Origin: Candidatus Thorarchaeota archaeon
GTDB lineage: Archaea > Asgardarchaeota > Heimdallarchaeia > Hodarchaeales > Hodarchaeaceae
Direction: 5' to 3'
Length of the DNA: 32,000 nucleotides
NCBI GenBank assembly: GCA_048882505.1
Contig: JBHLRO010000006.1
Coordinates: 133,640-165,639, forward strand
Of the stretch, positions 1 through 8,942 are shown one piece after another; the stretch's first letter is position 1, and the number at the start of each line of letters is the position of its first letter. The notes under the pieces are model-generated. The model had not been told where the DNA came from and ran no database searches. It worked only from the letters and a program-made list of their open reading frames with translations. The position numbers were made by a program, and so were the translations under genes.

Positions 1-82
1 GCGCGTCCCGTTCCCAAGATCCAGGTTTGTAATCTAAAACGGGTTCATTCTTGGGTTTGGGGACTTTATAGATTCCTAACAA
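1..82 (-). CDS. pruA: 5' fragment of 1-pyrroline-5-carboxylate (glutamate gamma-semialdehyde) dehydrogenase; runs off the window's left edge
   Basis: Manual translation from TTG at 82 gives MLGIYKVPKPKNEPVLDYKPGSWERDA, matching the VPxPxNEPVxxYxPGSxER N-terminus of P5C dehydrogenases. A GGTGA SD lies just upstream. Not in the ORF track. Confidence 0.75.
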   Translation of the reverse strand, partial: MLGIYKVPKPKNEPVLDYKPGSWERDA

Positions 83-382
83 TATTTATCACCCATTTCT
101 CCGGCGATTTTTTCTTTACGGTTATTTACTCTCTGCCAAGAGCTGATGAGACGGGTTTTTTGAGTCAATCCTCCGAACTTCGCTATAAAAATAGGTTTTG
201 GATTTGTCCGAAAGAAAATTTTTTTGTATCCGGTTTTATATGACCTATTTGAAGAGTTAATCGATTTATTTTTGAGGAACTGCTCTAGATCTGTATTTCA
301 AACCAGATAAAAGACCTGGATTTACCTGAAAAGAGAATACCAAGTCTGAAGTTGAGTCTTCATACTTCTTGGCCGGAAAACT

Positions 383-1414
383 ATGCAGGTTTCAAAACCA
401 TTATCGAATATACATACAGAAGAGGAACTGGAGGCTGAGGCCAATCGATTATATGGTAAGTTAAAGTCATTGAATTGGGGATGGGAAGAGTGCGCCCTAA
501 TTGCGCCCCAAACGTTGGCTATTAATGAACTTAAACAACAAAAAAATGCCATCATATTGGCACATTCCTATCAGAAACCCCAGATTATATTCGGCGTTGC
601 CGATTTTGTTGGAGACAGTTATGGTTTGAGCAAAGAGGCAATGAAAACTGAAGCAGATATCATTGTCTTTGCCGGTGTCCGATTTATGGCGGAAACTGCG
701 AAGCTGCTAAATCCAAACAAAACCGTTCTTCTTCCGTCGCTCGAAGCAGGATGTTCATTGGCTGAAGGAATTCAACCACAAGACGTTCGACGATTAAAAG
801 AGCAATATCCTGGAGTACCTGTATTAGGTTATGTAAATACAACCGCCGAAGTCAAAGCTGAATGTGATGTCTGTTTTACCAGCGCTAACGCGTTACAGAT
901 CATAAACAGTTTAGAGACTGATCAAGATACAATCATTGTCATACCTGATAAGTACATGGCTAAAAACCTAGAAGAATCGACTGGAAAAAGAATTATCGGA
1001 TGGGATGCCGAATGTATTGTTCACAACCAGTTTACTTCAGAACAAATCGAATTCCTGCGAGAGCAATATCCAGACATACAAGTATTGGCCCATTCAGAAT
1101 GTGATCCTTCGGTAGCCTTGCAGGCTGATTTGGTTGGAGGGACGGGCGATATGATCCGGTTCGTAAAATCCACAGAATATCGAAATTATGCCTTAATAAC
1201 TGAATGTGGGCTCTCGGAAAGACTACGTGTTGAATTTCCCGAAAAAAACTTCGTGGGCAGCTGTGTGATGTGTCCCTATATGAAAACTGTTTTCCTAGAG
1301 CGCATTTTCAATGTTCTCCATTTACCCAGCCCCTCTCATATCATTGAAATCCCAGATAAGGTTCGGCACCGAGCAAGACAGAGTCTCGATAGGATGTTTG
1401 AACTCTCGAGGTGA
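383..1414 (+). CDS. nadA: quinolinate synthase A ([4Fe-4S])
   Basis: LAHSYQ, DFVGDSYGL, FMAETAKLLNP, YVNT motifs; three cluster cysteines in GCSLA, CIVH, CPYMK. Confidence 0.97.
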   Translation: MQVSKPLSNIHTEEELEAEANRLYGKLKSLNWGWEECALIAPQTLAINELKQQKNAIILAHSYQKPQIIFGVADFVGDSYGLSKEAMKTEADIIVFAGVRFMAETAKLLNPNKTVLLPSLEAGCSLAEGIQPQDVRRLKEQYPGVPVLGYVNTTAEVKAECDVCFTSANALQIINSLETDQDTIIVIPDKYMAKNLEESTGKRIIGWDAECIVHNQFTSEQIEFLREQYPDIQVLAHSECDPSVALQADLVGGTGDMIRFVKSTEYRNYALITECGLSERLRVEFPEKNFVGSCVMCPYMKTVFLERIFNVLHLPSPSHIIEIPDKVRHRARQSLDRMFELSR

Positions 1415-1426
1415 GGCCCCCTCACC
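1410..1426 (+). promoter_or_regulatory. 7-bp hairpin GGTGAGG-ccc-CCTCACC covering the nadA stop and nadC Shine-Dalgarno
   Basis: Perfect inverted repeat ending at the base before the nadC ATG (1427); the left arm holds TGA 1412-1414 and most of GAGGTGA. Confidence 0.55.
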
Positions 1427-2287
1427 ATGGCATATCTTCCCTCCAAACTCCTGGAGCAACGACTTCTCAGGTTCCTTGAGGAGGATTTAGAACTTGGAGA
1501 TGTTACGGTAGAGTTCATTCCCAATAAGAAAGTAAAAGCTGGTATCATTGCGAAAGAAGAAGGAATAATCTGTGGGACACGTTTTGCTGCCATCATCATG
1601 GAGGCCGTTGGCATTAATGTTGTTGAAAAATGGGAAGATGGCAGCCCCGTGAAAACAGGGGACATTGTCTTGAATCTTGAGGGGATGAGTAAGGATATTC
1701 TTACTGTAGAGAGGACCATTCTAAACCTAATCATGAGACTGTCAGGTATTGCAACACTCACCCACAACCTGGTAAATCTTGTAAACCAGTCTGGTTTGGG
1801 GATTCGAATTACTGCCACTCGTAAAACAACACCTGGTTTTCGATATTTTGAAAAGTACGCGGTCAAGATAGGAGGAGGAGATACCCATCGATGGGGTCTT
1901 TCTGATGCAGTACTCATAAAGAAGAATCATCTATCCTTGTTCGATAAAGATCCAATTCCTAGCGTTCTTAACGGTATTAAGACTCAGGCTTCCTTTTCCA
2001 AGAAAATCGAAATTGAAGTTGAAAACAATACGCAATTAGAAAAGGCCCTAGAATTCCGTCCTGATATCATTATGTTGGATAATTTCAATCCTGAAGCAAT
2101 CGGTGAAGCAATTCGTATCGTGGAAGGCCACTCTCACCGCTCTCGTCCAGTCATCGAAGTATCTGGTGGGATTACAGAAGATAATATTGTTCAATTTCTT
2201 ATCCCTGGGGTAGATATTCTCTCAATGGGATTATTAACTCATTCCGCCAAAGCCTTGGACTTTTCCTTATTGATCAACGCCCCTTAG
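1427..2287 (+). CDS. nadC: nicotinate-nucleotide pyrophosphorylase (quinolinate phosphoribosyltransferase)
   Basis: LSGIAT, TRKTTPG, EKYAV-GGG-HR, IEVE, IMLDN, EVSGGI, GLLTH motifs; directly follows nadA. Confidence 0.97.
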   Translation: MAYLPSKLLEQRLLRFLEEDLELGDVTVEFIPNKKVKAGIIAKEEGIICGTRFAAIIMEAVGINVVEKWEDGSPVKTGDIVLNLEGMSKDILTVERTILNLIMRLSGIATLTHNLVNLVNQSGLGIRITATRKTTPGFRYFEKYAVKIGGGDTHRWGLSDAVLIKKNHLSLFDKDPIPSVLNGIKTQASFSKKIEIEVENNTQLEKALEFRPDIIMLDNFNPEAIGEAIRIVEGHSHRSRPVIEVSGGITEDNIVQFLIPGVDILSMGLLTHSAKALDFSLLINAP

Positions 2288-2330
2288 TCTTGTACTGGAT
2301 AATATGCCTACATCTGTAGAATGTTATTAC

Positions 2331-3530
2331 CTATATTATGTTGTTTTTTTTGAAATGAGCTAGCTCGGATTCCTTATAGCCTAATAGATCACAGAGAATT
2401 TCCCTGTTATGAACCCCGAGCTCTGGAGCTGGTGTGGTAAGTTTTCCTGGTGTGCGACCATAGCGAATGATTGGATTTGGTATGGTGGCTTTGAGAACTC
2501 CGTATTTTGAAAAGTCAAAGTTTGAATTTAAAGTTCCTCGGGCTTTAAGCTGCGGATGATCTCTGACGTCGTCGATAGTCTGAACCAACCCGCAGGGTAT
2601 TCTCTGACTTTCCAATTCTCGAAGTGCTTCATCTTGTGTTTTGTTTTGTGTATATTTGGTCACAATTTCATCCAGTTCCTCCACGTAATCAAAACGTTTG
2701 ATCGGAGTGTCGAATCGCTTATCGTACTTTAATTCCGGATTATTTAACACATTGTCGCAGAATCGATACCATTGAGGCTCTGTGAGAACCACTATGGCAA
2801 TCTTTCCTCCATCTTTCGTTGGATATTGATTGTAGATGGGTAAAATTCTAGATACATCATTAAGCTTTGAGGCTCTTGTTAAAAATTCCTTTGCATGCGC
2901 TCGAAGGTTAATTGCGTACATGATATCTTGCATTGATAAATCGATCAATTGACCATTACGTGTTCGTTCCCTATAGTATAATGCGGAGGCAAGTGCGATT
3001 GCTGCAACATGACCAGCACTGTAATCAGCAATGGGAAGGCCTGGAGCGTCTTTGACTCGCATCGAATCTAAAACTCCACTTGCGGCCTGGGCAATAAGGT
3101 CAAATGCTGGTTTTGCAACATATCGGTCAATCCCCGTACGTCCAAAACCACTTATCGACACGTAAATTAGATCTGTTTTGATTTGCTTTAACTGCTCATA
3201 TCCTAGTCCCCATCTCTCCATGGATCCAACAACTAAGTTGTCCACGACAGCATCAGAGATCTTTACCAGACGTCTAAAGATCTCTTGGGCTTCGGGTTTT
3301 CGTAAATTGAGAGTAACGGACCTCTTGTTGTTATTCAAAATAGAGAATAGAGGAAAGATCTCTGGATCAAAGAAAGAATAAAGCCTAAAAGTATCTCCAA
3401 ACTGGGGTGTTTCTATTTTAACTATATCCGCACCTTGATTTGCAAAGAATGTTGTCGCCCACGGACCACTTATGAAGTTACACACTTCAATAATCCGAAT
3501 ACCTTCAAATATTTGCATTTTCAGTCCCAA
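2331..3530 (-). CDS. CaiB/BaiF family (class III) CoA transferase
   Basis: GP-A-GADIVKIETP-GD-R, NNNKRS-LNL, FDLIAQAASG, catalytic Asp in ADYSAG, APELGVHN. Start is TTG 3530 or ATG 3518. Confidence 0.93.
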   Translation of the reverse strand: MGLKMQIFEGIRIIEVCNFISGPWATTFFANQGADIVKIETPQFGDTFRLYSFFDPEIFPLFSILNNNKRSVTLNLRKPEAQEIFRRLVKISDAVVDNLVVGSMERWGLGYEQLKQIKTDLIYVSISGFGRTGIDRYVAKPAFDLIAQAASGVLDSMRVKDAPGLPIADYSAGHVAAIALASALYYRERTRNGQLIDLSMQDIMYAINLRAHAKEFLTRASKLNDVSRILPIYNQYPTKDGGKIAIVVLTEPQWYRFCDNVLNNPELKYDKRFDTPIKRFDYVEELDEIVTKYTQNKTQDEALRELESQRIPCGLVQTIDDVRDHPQLKARGTLNSNFDFSKYGVLKATIPNPIIRYGRTPGKLTTPAPELGVHNREILCDLLGYKESELAHFKKNNII

Positions 3531-3693
3531 TTTTATCTGGAATTGTAGAATATCTCTAAATTTTGGTAGAAATTATTATGTTGGAGCAAGTCAATCTCTA
3601 TAGATTTTTGGCGCCCTATATGGGCCGTGGTTGATGGTCAACACTTTTGAATTTACCGGTTTTTTTTAATTTTGGAGCTAGAACAACTCTACA

Positions 3694-5382
3694 GTGGAAA
3701 AATTGGCCTGGACAAGCATCATCACAATTATAGCCTTTATTACCAGTGTCTTCCTTTGGATATACGATCCTAAAGGGGAAAAGATACCTGAAAAAATAAT
3801 CCTTCCTGTTATTGGTATCACAGCGATTCTAATGGTTGCCAGTCTCCTTTTCATTGCACCACCATCGGCCTTTACCTATGTTCACACTCAAATTCTCATA
3901 GTTCTCATATTCATTGTCGTTTTCGGCTTCCTGACCTTGGCAGAGGAGGATAAACTTAGGGTTATCTTGTTTGGTGCAACCATTGCCGTATCGGTAACCA
4001 TAATTTTTCTTCCGAACCTACTGCCCTTGGACTATCTAGGCGGGCTCTCTACCGATGCATTGGAAAATCTGACCTCAGAAGATTTGGAACATGCCATTGG
4101 TCGGAAACCTCCGCTTTCAATCGAGCAGCTCAAGGAAATCTTGGAAAATCCCAGTCTTTTCTTTGAAATCGCCCTCTTTAGCTCGTTTATTGAGTGGGAG
4201 GTGATTAGTATCGTATTTGGCATGAGCTTACTCGTCGCCGTATTATCTGATACAGGACTCTTTGACATGGTCTCAATTAGAACAATTAAGGCATCTCAGG
4301 GTGTTCCCCGACGATTTTTGATCCTTGTATTTTTCCTTACCTTGGTCTTATCGGCATTACTTGATAATACAACAGCTATAATACTGATCAGTGGCATTAC
4401 GATCACTATAACTCGTGGTTTGGATCTCAATCCAAAACCATACATCCTGGCGGAAGTTTCTGCAACAGTCATGGCTGGAATTATTACAGTTATCGGATCA
4501 TTACCTGGAATTCTTATCGCATCCCCGAATGCAGGTAACATCCCCTTTGCTACGTTTTCCATTGTGAACTCTGGATTAATCATTGTTTCAGTGATCGTCT
4601 CCCTGGCTTATCTCTTTTTAATCTTTAAACAAGAGCTAACAATCCCCCAGACCGCAGGATTCGATGCTAGCGCACTAAACCTCTTGGATGAATGGTCAGT
4701 AGTTGAGTCTCCCCGAAATCTATATGCTGGTTCGGTCGTGATGGGGATTGTAGTCATGGGGTTAGTTTTTTCTAGCCTAATAGGGCTATCAGTGGGATTT
4801 GTTGCCATTACTGGAGCCATTCTCGCGATAGTCGTGACTCGAGCGAATTTAGAACATGTTCTGCATCGTGTGGAGTTGGAAGGTATTCTCTTCTTTATGG
4901 GTCTATTCATTCTGGTAGGTACCTTACAATTATCAGGAGCTTTGGAAGTATTCGCACAGATGATGCTGGAATGGTCAGGTGGCAATCCACTGATCTTAGC
5001 CTTGGTTATCATCACTTTAATCTCCATATTGTCCGCCATTGTTGCAAATATCCCGATTACGATTGCCCTAGCTGAAGTCATTAGTATATTGCTGTCAGAT
5101 CCTATTTTCAGAGCTAATACCGTGTTCGGATTTCCAGTGGGCGGCTTTTTGTGGTTTACTCTGTTGTATGCTGTTACATTCGGAGGAGGATTCACGCCAT
5201 TTGGAACAGTAACAGGGGTAATTGGTGTTCAGGTTCTTTCACAGGAAGGCCATCCTGTGACTTTTATGGATTTTGTGAAGAAGATGGCACCATTGAGTGT
5301 AATCTTACTAACATTAGGTTTTATCTATCTCCTTGTACTCCAATTTTTAGGGATTTTAGCCATCTTAATCCCCCCCTCGTGA
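3694..5382 (+). CDS. ArsB/NhaD-like (IT superfamily, SLC13/P-protein type) permease with N-terminal membrane extension
   Basis: IEWEVISIVFGM, DTGLFD, LSALLDNTTAI, VELEGILFFMGLFILVG, SAIVANIP, GGGFTPFG; many hydrophobic helices; GTG start. Confidence 0.8.
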   Translation: MEKLAWTSIITIIAFITSVFLWIYDPKGEKIPEKIILPVIGITAILMVASLLFIAPPSAFTYVHTQILIVLIFIVVFGFLTLAEEDKLRVILFGATIAVSVTIIFLPNLLPLDYLGGLSTDALENLTSEDLEHAIGRKPPLSIEQLKEILENPSLFFEIALFSSFIEWEVISIVFGMSLLVAVLSDTGLFDMVSIRTIKASQGVPRRFLILVFFLTLVLSALLDNTTAIILISGITITITRGLDLNPKPYILAEVSATVMAGIITVIGSLPGILIASPNAGNIPFATFSIVNSGLIIVSVIVSLAYLFLIFKQELTIPQTAGFDASALNLLDEWSVVESPRNLYAGSVVMGIVVMGLVFSSLIGLSVGFVAITGAILAIVVTRANLEHVLHRVELEGILFFMGLFILVGTLQLSGALEVFAQMMLEWSGGNPLILALVIITLISILSAIVANIPITIALAEVISILLSDPIFRANTVFGFPVGGFLWFTLLYAVTFGGGFTPFGTVTGVIGVQVLSQEGHPVTFMDFVKKMAPLSVILLTLGFIYLLVLQFLGILAILIPPS

Positions 5383-5387
5383 TCGGA

Positions 5388-6293
5388 CTATCCCATTAGT
5401 ATCAATAGAACAGTTATCATGAAAATTCCGATGGCTATTCCTATTGATACTACATTTGCAGCAAATTCACGATCTAAATCTTCTAGCGCTGCAAATGTAA
5501 GCGTATTGAAGCCAACAGGTGCCGCCGAGCTTAAAATTACAATTTTTTGACCTATAATACTCATAGGAACTAGTATTATAAATATAAACCCCAAAAATAG
5601 GCCTATTATCGTTCGAATGCCCACTACAGTAATTGCGGCGACAATGTTTTTATTGGAAGGACTGAAATAGAGTCCAATAGCGATCATGAGAAGAGGGGTA
5701 ACCAACGCACCTAATAGGGCCAAAATGTCAGGTATTGGATTTAAATCCAAACTGATTCCAAGTAAGTTTATTCCGATGGCAAAAATTAAAGCTAGCAAGG
5801 GAGGAGATAACAGCAATCTTTTGTTTAGAAATCGAACATTTTCAGCTTTTGAGTTATGCATTTGTGCCAAATAATACACTAGGGTAAGCATCATGGTAAG
5901 GTTTCCGATATCAAAAAAACTAGCATAGATGAATCCTTCCTCACCATAAACACCCAATACGAAAGGGACATTAAAGCCAAGATTTAATATCATTGGGCCA
6001 ATAATGAATACACCCTTTGTCTCCCGCTCAAACACCCAGAATCGAGCTAAGAGAGAGGAGAAAACGAGCATCGTGGATATTAGAATAACTGCTAAAATAG
6101 CTAGGAATAGAAACTCAAGTGAAAGAGTAGTCCTTGGTATTGTATTCAAAATAATAGCAGGGAGGGATACAAAAAAGGCCAACCTTATGAAACTATTGGC
6201 ATCCTGTTTGGTAAAGAGATTTAACTGACGCAGCAAAAGGCCTAACAGGAATAGTGCAATGATCGGAATCACAATGGGCAGGACGTCAGTCAT
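5388..6293 (-). CDS. AEC (auxin efflux carrier / malate permease) family transporter
   Basis: About 10 TM helices; FFVSLPA, N-GF-VP, SPPLLAL, PL-MIAIG, SAAPVGFNT motifs. Confidence 0.85.
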   Translation of the reverse strand: MTDVLPIVIPIIALFLLGLLLRQLNLFTKQDANSFIRLAFFVSLPAIILNTIPRTTLSLEFLFLAILAVILISTMLVFSSLLARFWVFERETKGVFIIGPMILNLGFNVPFVLGVYGEEGFIYASFFDIGNLTMMLTLVYYLAQMHNSKAENVRFLNKRLLLSPPLLALIFAIGINLLGISLDLNPIPDILALLGALVTPLLMIAIGLYFSPSNKNIVAAITVVGIRTIIGLFLGFIFIILVPMSIIGQKIVILSSAAPVGFNTLTFAALEDLDREFAANVVSIGIAIGIFMITVLLILMG

Positions 6294-6550
6294 TTTTAGT
6301 ACCCAATCAGACCAAAAACTAGAAAGCCGATAAATGCTCCTAGGTTTGGATTACTTCTGGTGTCCAAATATAGAATTCTTCAAAACAAAAACTCAATAAT
6401 CTTTCCCCGACTCGAATAATCTTTTGGCACATTGAAAACAAAGGAATGCCATTCATCCGCACTATTACTAAGATAGGTACCGCTGAAATATAATTGACGT
6501 GATATTAATAAGTCAAGCGAAAAAATATGACATGAAAGAGGCGATACGGC

Positions 6551-7075
6551 ATGACGTGGATCAGTGTCGATATAGAAGCCGACGGCCCAATTCCAGGTGA
6601 TTATTCCATGGTGTGGTTTGGTGCAGTAGTCGTTAGAACAGGATTTGAATTGATTTTTGAGGGTAAATTAGCCCCTATATCCGAAAAATATTCCCCTGAT
6701 GCTCTAGCTGTTGCAGGTCTTACTCGAGAAGATACATTGAAATTTCCTGATCCTCGTCAAGTGATGGAAGAGTTTAGAAGTTGGATTTTCAGAGTTTCTA
6801 AAGGAAAACGGGTGTTTTTCATAGCTGATAACAACGGGTTTGATTGGTCTTTCATTAACTGGTATTTTCACCATTTTTTAGGGGAAAATCCATTTGGTCA
6901 TTCCTCTCAGAACTTAGGATCGTTATATAAGGGATTGGTCAAAGACGTATTTGAAAATTTCAAACATTTGAGGGTTACTGAGCATACACACAACCCCGTC
7001 GATGATGCCCGTGGTAATGCAGAAGCTCTCCTATTTATGAAGACACAAATGGGATTAAAGATTGCTTTAGAATGA
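6551..7075 (+). CDS. DEDDh 3'-5' exonuclease (Rv2179c/DUF5051-like)
   Basis: VDIEADGP (Exo I), DNNGFDW (Exo II), HTHNPVDDA (Exo III). Confidence 0.85.
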   Translation: MTWISVDIEADGPIPGDYSMVWFGAVVVRTGFELIFEGKLAPISEKYSPDALAVAGLTREDTLKFPDPRQVMEEFRSWIFRVSKGKRVFFIADNNGFDWSFINWYFHHFLGENPFGHSSQNLGSLYKGLVKDVFENFKHLRVTEHTHNPVDDARGNAEALLFMKTQMGLKIALE

Positions 7076-7091
7076 AGCTCTTGAGCGAGGA

Positions 7092-8015
7092 ATGATAATG
7101 GATCAGGCCCAGAAAAATGGTGATAAATACAACCAATTTTATCTATGGACGGAATATCGTTCTGTCGAGAGGAGAAAACTTCTCCTATCATTCTTGATTA
7201 CTTTTTCTGTCATGTTTGTTGAAATAACTGGAGCCTTTATCACGTACAGCGTGGCTCTTCTAAGCGATGCAGGACACATGTTTACACATGTGTTTGCAAT
7301 CGGGATTAGTCTATTTGCGGTGTTTATCGCTCAAACTCCCCCATGTTGTCATCGCACATATGGTTTAAGTAGAGCTGAGGTGCTTGCAGCATTTGTGAAC
7401 GGTTTATTTCTAATTGTCATCGTAATCGTAATTGTAATCGAGGCCATACTTAGATTTCTTGCCCCTGCGAATATTTTGGCGGCCGAAATGTTCCTCGTTG
7501 CCATCCTTGGATTAATAGTTAACCTTGCCAGTATAATGATTCTGGGGAGGACTAAACAAGATTTAAACCTACAGGGCCTTTTTTATCATATGGTTGCAGA
7601 CGCCTCCTCTTCGATTGGGATCATCGTGGTTGCTGTGGTTATTTACTTCACTGGTTGGAACTTTCTAGATCCGTTAATCAGCTTGCTAATCTCCCTCATA
7701 ATTTTACATTGGGCGTGGTCTATTCTCAGAGACTCTGGGAGAATCTTACTTGAGATGGGGCCTCGAGAACAGAATTCTGAGACGATTGTCCAAGGTCTTC
7801 TATCCAAATTTCCCTCCATTCAGGCGATAGAATCGATTCACTATTGGACAATTTCGCCAGGGGACACAGTTCTCACAGCACATATCCGGTTTCCAATTCC
7901 TAATCCGAGCGATGAGTCGATTTCAAAATATCAAACTATTATTTCCGAGATCAACGATCACTTGGAGCAATATTACAAAATAAAAGAGTCAACGATTCAA
8001 TACTCAATTGGTTAA
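7092..8015 (+). CDS. cation diffusion facilitator (CzcD/ZitB-like) metal exporter
   Basis: ALLSDAGHM, TYG-RAEVLAAFVNG, HMVAD, DPLISL, ILLEMGP, HYW-TAH motifs. Confidence 0.92.
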   Translation: MIMDQAQKNGDKYNQFYLWTEYRSVERRKLLLSFLITFSVMFVEITGAFITYSVALLSDAGHMFTHVFAIGISLFAVFIAQTPPCCHRTYGLSRAEVLAAFVNGLFLIVIVIVIVIEAILRFLAPANILAAEMFLVAILGLIVNLASIMILGRTKQDLNLQGLFYHMVADASSSIGIIVVAVVIYFTGWNFLDPLISLLISLIILHWAWSILRDSGRILLEMGPREQNSETIVQGLLSKFPSIQAIESIHYWTISPGDTVLTAHIRFPIPNPSDESISKYQTIISEINDHLEQYYKIKESTIQYSIG

Positions 8016-8028
8016 CGGGATTTGCTGA

Positions 8029-8883
8029 TCATAGAAAGTATATGGATGCGAGAAAGAAGTACTGTTGGATCATTACGGCCATGGCTAGTTTTGCGAAGGA
8101 ACGACTACCATTTTTTTGGAACACATGAATATAATAGCTGAGGCCAAATAATTGAAATATTATTGACAAGGGAAGACCTATTGCAGGAATGACCTCCAAT
8201 AGTGCTGGAATGGGAGGTAATAAGCTAATAACCACAAAAACTGTTGTTATAATGGTTTGTGGGATTAGTACATGAGAAGCAAATTCCCCACGCTTCTTAT
8301 CTACATGTTTCGCGTAGCCATCAAATACCCAGAAAAGAAATAAGGCGATTATCCCGGTAAAGGTTGAAAAAATGGAATACATGATAAGGATTAACGAATC
8401 GTCGATAGAAAATAAAAAAAAACCAGCAATTCCGAATTGGTGTGATATCGTCAGCATAACCAGCCCCCCTACTATCAGTAGAAGTTGTATTAGCAAACTG
8501 AAAAAGGGAAATCGCGTTACTACCGTGGAAACAGGGGAATAAATTTTCACCCACGACAGTAGGGGATTTGGTTGGGTCGCTGGAAGGCTAGAACGGAAAA
8601 ACTCTGCTGCACGCGCTCCGTTAGGTGTGATTTCATACGTTTTATCCCTAACAGATTGATTGATCAAACCCGCTTCTACAAGGATTCTCATATGATGATA
8701 AAATACCCCAGATGTTAATTTAAGCCAGTGTGTAAGCTCTGTATACCCCGCCCATCCTTTTTCGTAGAGTTCGAATAAGATTCGGCGTCTAATGTTATGG
8801 TTGAGCGCTTTCAAAACAAGTTCGTCTATCTCTACGTGTTGCTCCGTCTCATGGTCATTGGATTCAGCCACGGATAATCCCAC
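8029..8883 (-). CDS. ArsR-like winged-helix domain fused to a multi-pass membrane domain (putative membrane-anchored regulator)
   Basis: LKALNHNIRRRIL-L, SGVFYHHMRIL-AGLI, YEITPNG, followed by about 5-6 hydrophobic segments; GTG start. Confidence 0.75.
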   Translation of the reverse strand: MGLSVAESNDHETEQHVEIDELVLKALNHNIRRRILFELYEKGWAGYTELTHWLKLTSGVFYHHMRILVEAGLINQSVRDKTYEITPNGARAAEFFRSSLPATQPNPLLSWVKIYSPVSTVVTRFPFFSLLIQLLLIVGGLVMLTISHQFGIAGFFLFSIDDSLILIMYSIFSTFTGIIALFLFWVFDGYAKHVDKKRGEFASHVLIPQTIITTVFVVISLLPPIPALLEVIPAIGLPLSIIFQLFGLSYYIHVFQKNGSRSFAKLAMAVMIQQYFFLASIYFL

Positions 8884-8942
8884 TAAATTCAGTGACGCAA
8901 TAAACTATCGGAAGTGAATAAAAATACCGTTAAATGCACAAA

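Noticed and set aside
143-215. CTGATGAG followed later by GAAA, resembling a hammerhead ribozyme core or C/D box
   Set aside because: No convincing stem II/III pairing, and the C box lacks the leading purine; it lies in an ordinary divergent promoter region.
1336-1917. Long antisense ORFs (this one, 4608..5195, and similar)
   Set aside because: They are shadow frames fully opposite well-supported genes and have no motifs.
6494-6516. TTGAC-N13-GTCAA, and GTTGA-N3-TCAAC at 3630-3642
   Set aside because: Arms of only 5 bp with different spacers are expected by chance in AT-rich DNA.
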